From an uncultured Bacteroidales bacterium (lineage in GTDB: Bacteria; Bacteroidota; Bacteroidia; Bacteroidales; Paludibacteraceae), in NCBI GenBank assembly GCA_945828585.1, contig CALZRN010000001.1, positions 1-58,647 on the forward strand: a stretch of 58,647 nucleotides of DNA, written 5' to 3'. Made by a program: the position numbers and the translations under genes. The notes beneath the pieces were generated by a model. That model saw only the letters and a program-made list of their open reading frames with translations. It was not told the DNA's origin and did not search any database. Positions 16,101 through 22,933 of the stretch are shown piece after piece; the stretch's first letter is position 1; every line of letters begins with the position of its first letter.

Positions 16101-16496
16101 AGCCTCAGCATGAAAGTACAAGAAAGAAGTCATGTAAATTTGAGAATTGGCACCACCAATCTCTACAGGGGTTTCCATTCCATCCAAAGCAATCAGCGTT
16201 CCTCCTGCCAATTGTGCCGTTTCTCCGAAGCCGTCATAGACATACTCTTTGGTAAAGAATGACACGTCTTCCAAAGCCAGATAGTTTATTTGCCGAGCCA
16301 CCTCTACCGCCAAAGGCTTACCCGTGATGTCCAACCACGTCAGTTTAACCCGGCCAGAACCGGTCGATGCCTCGGAAGGTTGGGCTTTTAAGGACGCCAA
16401 ATAAATCGTAGTAGCCTCCTCTTGTCCCCACGCTGCGTTTACGCTCATCGCGAGCAGGATTAGCAGCATTGAAAATTTAATAAATGATTTTTTCAT
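10170..16496 (-). CDS. giant secreted surface protein: signal peptide, beta-helix-like Gly-rich region, Listeria-Bacteroides-type repeats, T9SS C-terminal sorting domain
   Basis: 2108 aa. N-terminal MKKSFIKFSMLLILLAMSVNAAWGQ. Repeated modules such as YTITWKNEDGS...FDGWT...TYYAHF. C-terminal tail KVLINNQVFIIRGEKVYTIDGQLVK is typical of T9SS cargo. Confidence 0.85.
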   Translation of the reverse strand: MKKSFIKFSMLLILLAMSVNAAWGQEEATTIYLASLKAQPSEASTGSGRVKLTWLDITGKPLAVEVARQINYLALEDVSFFTKEYVYDGFGETAQLAGGTLIALDGMETPVEIGGANSQIYMTSFLYFHAEAEPAVGSYLAEWTFNDLAITRMTSSMSPADPMGNGSDIEYKTPCFKVLPDKGNSTLYPPIDGGAALAALAASVGTNPNNLYAVFNKYLLGNSVATSAGLEAEENKQAHLTVTVEVNGDAASLDAADFGTFAFTNNDGNEWAYDLETALASKEVVSAQKTRITIPVTYTYKNTGVGLKNSVMTIRMAGVSPSSLNINLSVNALDPERPAAFLLEGKEDASPTSGTLSEILGTDIRGYSDPIIKLNKPVDDDLTFAGKNFTLDLNGNETQTITVSSGKVTFAYSKFGGKATSLAVNGGKAILNGGTFGSLTIGADGTVEQNGAIITGAATNAGSLTTTEGAFNDGLTSSKTLVLNGGTFKGETAVTVSGGTAAINRGTIEGAACGLKVTGGEATTKKLAAIKGGTYSAQQTSGTLIVESGKFDGALDGTINFTSGYFKTNNNYGIDTEGLTEMLVSTGVEYNEGYRYFLGTAESAVANGAGVCRIGNVSYAKLEDAIAFANNNPDVQNIVIFMTNNYTLPAGYYTLPANATIVVPMSDSQEKEVNMTAPRVVFNDQRPSTPYVTIQPTEFRRLTFAPGVHMDVFGHIELTCSQYASNEAYTAQPCGAYGHLVLDEGSHLTLQSGSEVRAWGFVTGKGEMDARRGATVREMFQLGDWKGAFTSVGITGMAPDIVTDHSDKKIFPVTQYFIQNIESPVKYHPGAVLSTSAAVSEGLLGMSISMAATDIAIVGVSGQHQAIFLMDQMADAENTWVRKWYDAENDIQVYDINSAAHIGSMVLDMGDVNLLQFGTIPIRLNSAKFDLPLTCNFKIHLLSGSMDFQQNTSLLPGAEVEVDKEATVTVAMDPDDTEHTGALYVYDAEDWDKYAYCNEYDGLNFQKNTAYTKVVRYAPSWNGRPTKRDEQTCPPDAAINVHGSFMTATGFVYCSEHGANIFSNNEDAGTFIFNESAEDAGERTVNNVKGSGNFEERTFFPAKLKNGVSDPAYANTSTAQEGDAYCYQNDEWSTMTNEGCFMVQHNAETGDTYYAKPQEYVAVANGTTPNADHTYSDADGAGRLFILLENCQWWEVEKKDNLYHCIHPNNDTYYYWQKEAPDPMEPEVMIPAHWDEKRFTITWKNYDGTIIKTADADGGLQDSYSVTYGTMAEFLGTNPMREATIDYTYDFAGWSPALGKVTSDVTYTATFTQKPRMYTIIFQNEGGVEIERQFLTHNEVPVCENTPTKVGHTLEWEPAIAAVTGDAIYRATWLEEPPTEYAVTFFDYDGTTKLKPTGEEPYMVAVGAMPVAPANPSGKPATNEFTYEFDHWSPALEEVSATSVKSYTAVYREVAKTYTIKFIKENGSPDDPADIIESHQYQYGETPICANTPTKDADAQYTYALRWEPQIQTVMGDATYTAVFDETLNKYTVSVMSNPSGACAISGAGIYDYNASENAVTITITPNSGYTFTGWSDGQGGTNTIRQMAITGDINLVANFTVSNPDYTITWKNEDGSANLVEPVGQKANTATIYTGTIPTKPATAQSTFTFDGWTTEPNGAGTFYKNNMTPKATANATYYAHFAATEVIMEVGLGQAQNIAEETTVNQLVLHSNGTVSGQLTGNINNLNVTGVCYYDLTGTFTAGKWYAVAVPWQVTASDIRANGNALSLMSGDYLAYYDGSVRAAQDKVDACWKYLSNGDVLVPGRLYMLYLQNDASVLRFPKKLGAPILTSETNVSMYGSDEPKNANWNGIANPAIFHAYLSNTGAAVGQVFNAAAQSYEPVALSTKLIVAKPIFVQATNNGTASAVTTPPAPAPVRRNAASEAPKAEFQVEIASYGRMQDRLFIHTNEDKEADTYTLGQDVVKFGVSNTVAQMWVDRYDAKLCMNTMTPVNNVAEFPLGIYVPRAGEFQISNVQSQMSNEAYTLYLTRNGEAIWNLTESDYVLHLEKGTAANYGLRVSAKAPQVATGIDEAVVDAQGETKKVLINNQVFIIRGEKVYTIDGQLVK
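10430..10464. repeat. CAAATCTCCAAT-family word repeat inside the giant gene
   Basis: catttgacatttgagattggacattggagatttgg is read as QISNVQSQMSNE. Confidence 0.8.
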
Positions 16497-16529
16497 CCTA
16501 TTTATGTTTTAATTATTACACATAATGCG

Positions 16530-16570
16530 GCGCAAAGTTACTACTTTTTTTTAAATAAAAAAAGCAATTC
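16530..16570 (-). promoter_or_regulatory. Bacteroidota-type promoter for the giant surface-protein gene
   Basis: The + strand CAAAGTTA at 16533-16540 is TAacTTTG on the minus strand, about 37 nt upstream of the ATG at 16496. Confidence 0.6.
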
Positions 16571-16609
16571 CTAAAAAAAGTGCAAAAAAAATGCGTTTTG
16601 CTACCTAAA

Positions 16610-16645
16610 ACTTGCATATTTCGAAAAAAAGCAGTATCTTTGCAC
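16610..16645 (+). promoter_or_regulatory. Bacteroidota-type promoter for the rRNA methyltransferase gene
   Basis: CTTGCATATTTCGAAAAAAAGCAGTATCTTTGCAC, with the -7 box at 16635-16642. Confidence 0.65.
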
Positions 16646-16681
16646 TCGATTTTGGGAAAAGGTTCAAAGGCAGGCAAAAAG

Positions 16682-18031
16682 ATGCTACCCGTAGAATTCA
16701 TAGAGAGCATGCATCAGCAGTTAGGCGTTGAGGCGGAGCTGCTGATTCGAGCGCTGGAGACGGCGCCGGTGACATCTATCCGACTGAATAACAAGATAGA
16801 CGTCCTGACTTTCGATTGCGACACGGACGAGGTACCGTGGCATGTGGACGGGTACTACCTGAGCGAGCGGCCGGCATTTACCTTGGATCCTTTGTTTCAC
16901 GCAGGTTGCTACTACGTTCAGGAGGCGAGTTCGATGTTCCTCCAGCAGGTATTAGAGCAGTATGTCGATCCCTCGTCAGTCGTGCTGGATCTATGCGCTG
17001 CGCCGGGCGGCAAGAGTACGCTGATTAGCGAATACCTGGATCGGTTCGGCTTGTTGGTCAGCAACGAAGTAGTGCGGCAGCGGGTGTTTGTTCTCTCTGA
17101 GAACATCCAGAAATGGGGCAACGGCAACACAGTCGTGACCCATAACACCGCGGAGGAGTACGGCGAGCGATGCAGGCATTTATTCGACTGCATGGTAGTG
17201 GATGCCCCGTGCTCGGGCGAAGGTATGTTCCGTAAAGACGAGCAGGCCCGCGCGGAGTGGAGTCCGGCAGCGGTACGCAAGTGCGCCGAGCGGCAGCGGA
17301 GTATTATGATGGACGCATGGGATGCGTTAAAGCCCGGCGGCATCCTGATTTACAGCACCTGCACCTTCAATGAGGAAGAGAACGAGAAGAACGTAGAATG
17401 GATCGCCGAGAGTCTCGGCGCTGAGGTGCTGCCGATTGATTATGATCCCTCCTGGGGCATCACCGAAGGGACGATGGGCTACCATTTCTACCCGCATAAG
17501 ACCAAGGGCGAAGGCTTCTATATCTGCGCCCTGAGGAAGAACGACGACGAGCCGTTGAGCATGGTCAATATCAAGCCTAAGAACCGCAAGGAGAACGGCT
17601 CCGGCAGCAAGGCAGAGTACCTGCCGGTAATGCGTTCGTGGCTCCAGCATCCCGACGAGTGGGCTATCCGTTATTCCGACCGTTTCGCTACCGCTTATCC
17701 CATGAAATTCAAAGAGATATGCGAATATCTGTCTGACCAAATGACCTGTATCTCTTTAGGTTTTGGTCTGGGTGAAGAGCGCGGCAAAGGTATCGCTCCG
17801 CAACATAGTCTGAGCATGATAAAAGACCTCCAGAAGGAGGCCTTTCCAACCATCGCTCTGACGCGGGAGCAGGCATTGAGTTATCTTCGTACGGAGGCAT
17901 TGCAGTTAGGCGGCGTGCCCTTAGGACTGCTCCTGCTGACCTACGAGGGGGTACCTCTCGGCTTCGCCAAGAACGTCGGTAACCGTCTCAATAATCTCTA
18001 CCCTAACGAATGGCGTATTCGTAAACTCTAA
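16682..18031 (+). CDS. rRNA cytosine-C5 methyltransferase (RsmB/RsmF, NOL1/NOP2/Sun family)
   Basis: Motifs DLCAAPGGKS, DAPCSGEGMFRK and YSTCTF. Start set at MLPVEFIES, downstream of the promoter. Confidence 0.8.
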   Translation: MLPVEFIESMHQQLGVEAELLIRALETAPVTSIRLNNKIDVLTFDCDTDEVPWHVDGYYLSERPAFTLDPLFHAGCYYVQEASSMFLQQVLEQYVDPSSVVLDLCAAPGGKSTLISEYLDRFGLLVSNEVVRQRVFVLSENIQKWGNGNTVVTHNTAEEYGERCRHLFDCMVVDAPCSGEGMFRKDEQARAEWSPAAVRKCAERQRSIMMDAWDALKPGGILIYSTCTFNEEENEKNVEWIAESLGAEVLPIDYDPSWGITEGTMGYHFYPHKTKGEGFYICALRKNDDEPLSMVNIKPKNRKENGSGSKAEYLPVMRSWLQHPDEWAIRYSDRFATAYPMKFKEICEYLSDQMTCISLGFGLGEERGKGIAPQHSLSMIKDLQKEAFPTIALTREQALSYLRTEALQLGGVPLGLLLLTYEGVPLGFAKNVGNRLNNLYPNEWRIRKL

Positions 18032-19245
18032 GACCGTTTTCGGAATTTTCCTTTTCGTCTTCCGCCTCCTCCTTTATTAGGACGTGAGGCGTACCGGCTC
18101 ATCTGCGGCGCATCGCCCAAGACATCGGGTAATGGGAGACGGGTGATAGGTTGCTTGATAAACGTCTCTATTCGTTTCCAATACCGGGCATCCTCCGGCG
18201 AGACAAGGGTGATTGCCTCTCCGCTATTCTCCGCACGCGCTGTACGACCGATACGATGAACATAATCCTCGGGATCATGCGGCACGTCGTAATTAATGAC
18301 AAGCGGCACGTCCGTCACGTCGATACCCCGGGAGACGACATCCGTCGCTACGAGTACATCTACCTTTCCGTTTCTGAAATCCAGCATCACCTGATCCCTC
18401 TCCGACTGCTCGAGATCGGAGTGCATTGCGCGCGCGCCTATCTTTAAGGTACGCAACGTGCGCGCGAGGTCTTTCACTTTCTGCTTCTTGCCGGCAAAGA
18501 TTATCACCTTCTTCAGATTCCTACCTTCCAGCGCCAGCTGTACAAAACCGGGTTTCTGCGCTTCGTACAGGTACGCAGACATCTGGTTGATGGTCTCCGG
18601 CGGCCGGGAGACGGCAATCTGCACCTCTACGGGACGACGCATGATTGCCTTCGCCATCTGGCGGATCTTAGGCGGCATGGTAGCAGAGAACATGATCGTC
18701 TGGCGGTCTTTAGGCAGCTTGCGGACGATGGTCATGATATCGTCGTAGAAGCCCATATCGAGCATTCGATCCGCCTCGTCCAAGATGAAATACTTCACTC
18801 CGGAGAAATCGATATCGTAGATATTCATCTGGCTCAAGAGCCGTCCGGGGGTAGCGATGACGATGTCCGCACCTTTCTGCAGACCCGTGACCTGTGTGCC
18901 CCACGCACCGTTGTCTTTTCCGCCGTAGATAGGCACAGAAGAGAAGGGCACGTAATATCCGAAGCCCTCCATCTGCTGATCTATCTGCTGCGCCAGTTCG
19001 CGCGTCGGCGCCATGATGATCGCGTTCAGTTTGTCGGGGTCGTGGTCGTCGTACGCGAGGTTCGTCAGCAAGGGCAGTATATACGCCGCGGTCTTACCTG
19101 TACCCGTCTGGGCACAAGCAATCACGTCGTGGCGGTCCAGGATCACCGGGATGGCTTTCTCCTGAACGGGCGTGCATTCATCAAAATGCATGTCCCACAA
19201 GGCGTCTAACACCTCATCCGATAATGCGAGTTCGTCAAAAAACAT
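18028..19245 (-). CDS. DEAD-box ATP-dependent RNA helicase
   Basis: Motifs AQTGTGKT, DEAD, SAT and HRIGRTAR, plus a basic C-terminal tail. Confidence 0.9.
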   Translation of the reverse strand: MFFDELALSDEVLDALWDMHFDECTPVQEKAIPVILDRHDVIACAQTGTGKTAAYILPLLTNLAYDDHDPDKLNAIIMAPTRELAQQIDQQMEGFGYYVPFSSVPIYGGKDNGAWGTQVTGLQKGADIVIATPGRLLSQMNIYDIDFSGVKYFILDEADRMLDMGFYDDIMTIVRKLPKDRQTIMFSATMPPKIRQMAKAIMRRPVEVQIAVSRPPETINQMSAYLYEAQKPGFVQLALEGRNLKKVIIFAGKKQKVKDLARTLRTLKIGARAMHSDLEQSERDQVMLDFRNGKVDVLVATDVVSRGIDVTDVPLVINYDVPHDPEDYVHRIGRTARAENSGEAITLVSPEDARYWKRIETFIKQPITRLPLPDVLGDAPQMSRYASRPNKGGGGRRKGKFRKRS

Positions 19246-19281
19246 TTACCATTTAGTCATTTAGCATTTACCATTTATTTC
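19243..19281. repeat. CATTTACC/CATTTAG word repeat filling a gene junction
   Basis: catttaccatttagtcatttagcatttaccatttatttc spans the helicase ATG (19245) and the SDR stop (19275). Confidence 0.9.
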
Positions 19282-20852
19282 TCCCAGCCTTCAAAAATCT
19301 CCGGGCCATAGATGTTATCTTCATCGGCATCGTGCAGGGGAGTCCATAGTTGCGCAAAGAAGGGGTTTTCTTTAGCCACCTTATCCCAATGCCAAGGAAT
19401 AGTTGAAAGTTGAAAGTTCTCTGCCCAAGGGCACGATCTGAAGGTATGGAAAGTTGAAAGTTGAGCAGTCATCTTCTTGATGGTCTGCTCGTCATACGGG
19501 CAAGGCATGTCAAACGGGCTCCAATGACCACCTAACAAAATCAGTCGACGACCGGCTTTGAAGGTATTGCCGTTGGCGTCCTGCCAGGTATCATCACCGA
19601 GGTACTTACCGCCGCGGAAAGCCGCTGCCTTGTTCAGCTCCTCATCAGTGAGGGTCTCCACGTCCTTGCTCTCGTCGTAGCCGTGATCCAGAAGCACCGG
19701 CGTCTGAGAAGGATGCGAGACATCGAAATGCGCCCAATCGGGGATGGATTGGTATGCCTCCAACGAGCCATAATACGCAGAGATGCGCTGCTCTACTTTG
19801 TTCTTGATCCACCATTGCGTACCATGCTCCTTACTATTCGCCATGAACCACATAGCCGCTTTCACGCAATGCGGGAAGAGTTTGGCGATGCGGGTCTTGG
19901 CGGCGAACTTGATTCCTCCGGGCAGAGACGGCGCCTTTGCCATTTGCGCGAAGTACTCCTTCACCGGCACGTTTGCTCGGAAATGAAGGTAGTTCTCCAG
20001 TTTGTCACCGTCGATGTACCACATGCCATGGAAATTACGGGTGGTGAACCAGTTCGCATTGAAGATCTGCTCGGGTTTCGGACAACCGATACAATCCAAG
20101 AGAAGAGATTCGAACTCATAGTTCGACAACCGGTACTCGGCACCCGAACCGATGTTATAGTAGTTATTCCAGAACTCTGCCGGCACTTCGGGACGGCATA
20201 CGCGTTCCAGGAGCCGACCGCTGTCCTCTACCGTAGCCCATTCCAACACGCCGCGGATAGGCACGTGGAACATGATCGGATCGTAGTTCTTGAGTATCGC
20301 CGGATACAGGACACCCGACTGACGCAGCGACACCCAGGTCTTGATGCCCGAGTCGGTGATGATACGCTCTGCGAGAGCTTTGGTGAGGCCGTAGTGGTCG
20401 TACGCCGAGATGCAGACAGGATCTCCTGCACGTCCCCAATGAAGCGGTTCGCGGCGGTCGCCCATCTGGGCTACCGAACCGATATAGACCACTTTCGGCT
20501 GCTTGCCTTCAGGCTGCGCCAAAACCGCTTTGGTGATATTCTCCGCCGCGGAGATATTCGTGCGGAGGGTTGCCTTTGGTCGATAATCCGCCTGCGGCGA
20601 GACCATGCCGCCTACGTGCAGCACGATATCCGCACCCGTGACTCCTTTCAGTACATCCTCGTACTTCGTGAGGTCGCCCCAGATAACGGTAAGTGAAGGG
20701 TTAGCGGTGAGGGGAGCCAAGAGCTCCTTATTCTTCTTACTCGGTCGCGCCAAGATACGTAAGTCATATTGCTCCGGGTATTTCAGGATCTCTGTCATGC
20801 CTGCATACCCCATCGTACCGGTAGCGCCGGTCAGGAAAACGGTAGTTTTCAT
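19275..20852 (-). CDS. NAD(P)-binding SDR/epimerase-family protein with long C-terminal extension
   Basis: N-terminal Rossmann motif FLTGATGTMG. 525 aa. Contains in-frame GAAAGTT word repeats. Confidence 0.7.
   Translation of the reverse strand: MKTTVFLTGATGTMGYAGMTEILKYPEQYDLRILARPSKKNKELLAPLTANPSLTVIWGDLTKYEDVLKGVTGADIVLHVGGMVSPQADYRPKATLRTNISAAENITKAVLAQPEGKQPKVVYIGSVAQMGDRREPLHWGRAGDPVCISAYDHYGLTKALAERIITDSGIKTWVSLRQSGVLYPAILKNYDPIMFHVPIRGVLEWATVEDSGRLLERVCRPEVPAEFWNNYYNIGSGAEYRLSNYEFESLLLDCIGCPKPEQIFNANWFTTRNFHGMWYIDGDKLENYLHFRANVPVKEYFAQMAKAPSLPGGIKFAAKTRIAKLFPHCVKAAMWFMANSKEHGTQWWIKNKVEQRISAYYGSLEAYQSIPDWAHFDVSHPSQTPVLLDHGYDESKDVETLTDEELNKAAAFRGGKYLGDDTWQDANGNTFKAGRRLILLGGHWSPFDMPCPYDEQTIKKMTAQLSTFHTFRSCPWAENFQLSTIPWHWDKVAKENPFFAQLWTPLHDADEDNIYGPEIFEGWEK
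19400..19466. repeat. GAAAGTT word repeats inside the SDR CDS
   Basis: agttgaaagttgaaagtt (19401-19418) and ggaaagttgaaagttgag (19448-19465) are read as NFQLST and QLSTFH. Confidence 0.85.
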
Positions 20853-20880
20853 TTATGATTTATGATTTCAAATTTATTTC
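20850..20880 (-). repeat. ATCATAAAT-family element, copy 2 (5' of the SDR start codon)
   Basis: The minus strand reads gaaataaatttgaaatcataaatcataaATG. The ATG is the SDR start at 20852. Confidence 0.9.
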
Positions 20881-22487
20881 TTTTTCGGAATCCAAGCCGT
20901 GAGGCGGTTGAAGCGCTCGCGGGCTCTCTCGCGCATCTCTGCCTTCCATTGTGCCTCTTCCTCCGCGTCGTCGATCATCTGCTGATAGGTTGCTTGCGCA
21001 TCTTTGTCAGAGATGACCAAGAGCTGGTCGCCGAGCTTCAGTTCGCTGGAACCGGTGGGTACAAAAAAGTCCTCGCCTCTGCGCACCATGATGACCAGCG
21101 TATGCGGCGGGATAGTGATCTCGCGCAGCGTACTACCCTTCTCTAACATCGACTCTTGCACTTCCACCTCGCGTGCCGAAGACTGAATCTCGTCCGGCAG
21201 GTCCAGGTCGAAATACTGCAAGGACTTCGCCTCTTTCTGCGGTACATCGAGGCTCAGCTTCTTCGCGATGAACGTCAGCGTCGTGCCTTGCGCCAGGAGC
21301 GAGACGATTGTGCAGAGGAAGACCACATTGAAGATCAGATCTGCAGACGGCACCCCTTGCGCCTTGCACATGATAGCGAAGATGATTGGTACTGCCCCTT
21401 TGAGACCGACCCAGCTGAGCATCAGTTTGTCGCGTCCGCGGTACTGCTTGAAAGGCCACATGCAGAGCCAGACTGCCACCGGACGGGAGATACAGATCAT
21501 CACAATACTGATGATCAGACACGGCAGCCATACGCGGTAATTAAGCAGGTCGATAGGGTTCACCATCAGTCCTAACATCAAGAACATCACCAGCTGGCTG
21601 AGCCAGACCAAGCCGCTGAAGAACGACTGCGTCTGGCGCTTTCTCGTGAACTTGTTATTTCCGATAATCAAGCCGCCGACGTACACCGCCAGATAGGTGT
21701 TTCCCCCGAGGTAATACGTCACGGCGAAGATGAAGATACATGCCGTGAGGATCATGATGGGATAGAGGGCTTCGTTACCAAGTTTGACACGCCTCATAAG
21801 CGCCACCAGGCCTTCTCCTAAGGCGAAGCCCAAGACCGTACCCATCACCAGCTGGATGACGATGACCCGCACGATTGACAAAGCAGAGATAGCATGCTCT
21901 GCGCCGGGGAACTTCTGCGCCGTGACCACCCCTATCAGCGTCGTTGTCAGGACGTACGCCATCGGGTCGTTGGCGCCGGACTCCAGCTCCAAGAGCGGCC
22001 GGAGGTTATGCTTCATTCCTATCCCGTTCGTACGGAGGACGGAGAAGACACTCGCGCTGTCCGTACTGCTCATCGTCGCTGCCATGAGCAACGCCACCCA
22101 TATCGACACACTCGCTACGGCGTTGATCCAACCGAAGATATAATAGATGATCACGCCCGTGATGACGCAGGTCAGCAACACACCAAGGGTCGCTAAGGTG
22201 ATTCCCGGCACCAAGACCGACTTGATATCGCTCATCTTGGTCTCCATGCCGCCGGTGAAGAGGATGATACACATCGCCACGGTACTCAGCGCCTCTGCTG
22301 TATCGATACCGATCTCCATGCGGTCGGCATTGAAGAACGCACCTAAGAAGTGCGAACCGAAGAACATTCCCACGACCAGAAAAAGCAACAATGCCGGTAC
22401 ACCGTACCGGTAGCCGATCTTATCCGCAAAAATGCTGAGGAAGAACAATAACGACAATATCAGTAACGCAAACTCTACCTGCATCAC
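20874..22487 (-). CDS. potassium/proton antiporter (CPA1/NhaP2-type) with C-terminal TrkA-C-like domain
   Basis: 537 aa with multiple TM segments and a soluble C-terminal domain (LREITIPPHTLVIMVRRGEDFFVPTGSSELKLGDQLLVI). Confidence 0.8.
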   Translation of the reverse strand: MMQVEFALLILSLLFFLSIFADKIGYRYGVPALLLFLVVGMFFGSHFLGAFFNADRMEIGIDTAEALSTVAMCIILFTGGMETKMSDIKSVLVPGITLATLGVLLTCVITGVIIYYIFGWINAVASVSIWVALLMAATMSSTDSASVFSVLRTNGIGMKHNLRPLLELESGANDPMAYVLTTTLIGVVTAQKFPGAEHAISALSIVRVIVIQLVMGTVLGFALGEGLVALMRRVKLGNEALYPIMILTACIFIFAVTYYLGGNTYLAVYVGGLIIGNNKFTRKRQTQSFFSGLVWLSQLVMFLMLGLMVNPIDLLNYRVWLPCLIISIVMICISRPVAVWLCMWPFKQYRGRDKLMLSWVGLKGAVPIIFAIMCKAQGVPSADLIFNVVFLCTIVSLLAQGTTLTFIAKKLSLDVPQKEAKSLQYFDLDLPDEIQSSAREVEVQESMLEKGSTLREITIPPHTLVIMVRRGEDFFVPTGSSELKLGDQLLVISDKDAQATYQQMIDDAEEEAQWKAEMRERARERFNRLTAWIPKKK

Positions 22488-22909
22488 TTCTTCTCCTTAA
22501 GCAAAAACTCATCGATGATCTTCACGATCTCTTCCTTGGGGTAGAGCCCCTTGAGCAGCATCGGTTTGCCTTCCGTAGGGATATAGAGCACCTGTGGGAT
22601 AGAGTTAATGCCGAAGACGTACGCCAACTCGCGCTCGCGCTCGGTATCGGCCTTGTAGAACACAACCTGATCGCAGTATTTCTGGCTCATCTCCTCCATG
22701 ATCGGCGCGAGGCGTTTGCACGGGCCGCACCAAGTGGTATAGAAATCGATGACGCAGGGTTTGTCGCCCTTGTACGACCATTCCTTCTCGTTCTTATAGT
22801 CGAAGATCCGAGCCTTGAACTGCTCCGTGGTCAGATAGACGACATCCTCTGCCCGAGCGGACGAGAACGTGAGGCAAGTGATGAAAAGTATAAATCCTAA
22901 TTTTCGCAT
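22484..22909 (-). CDS. thioredoxin-family protein with signal peptide
   Basis: 141 aa with a WCGPC active site and a hydrophobic N-terminus. Confidence 0.85.
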   Translation of the reverse strand: MRKLGFILFITCLTFSSARAEDVVYLTTEQFKARIFDYKNEKEWSYKGDKPCVIDFYTTWCGPCKRLAPIMEEMSQKYCDQVVFYKADTERERELAYVFGINSIPQVLYIPTEGKPMLLKGLYPKEEIVKIIDEFLLKEKK

Positions 22910-22933
22910 AATATAGTCGTTCGCAATGTGGGA

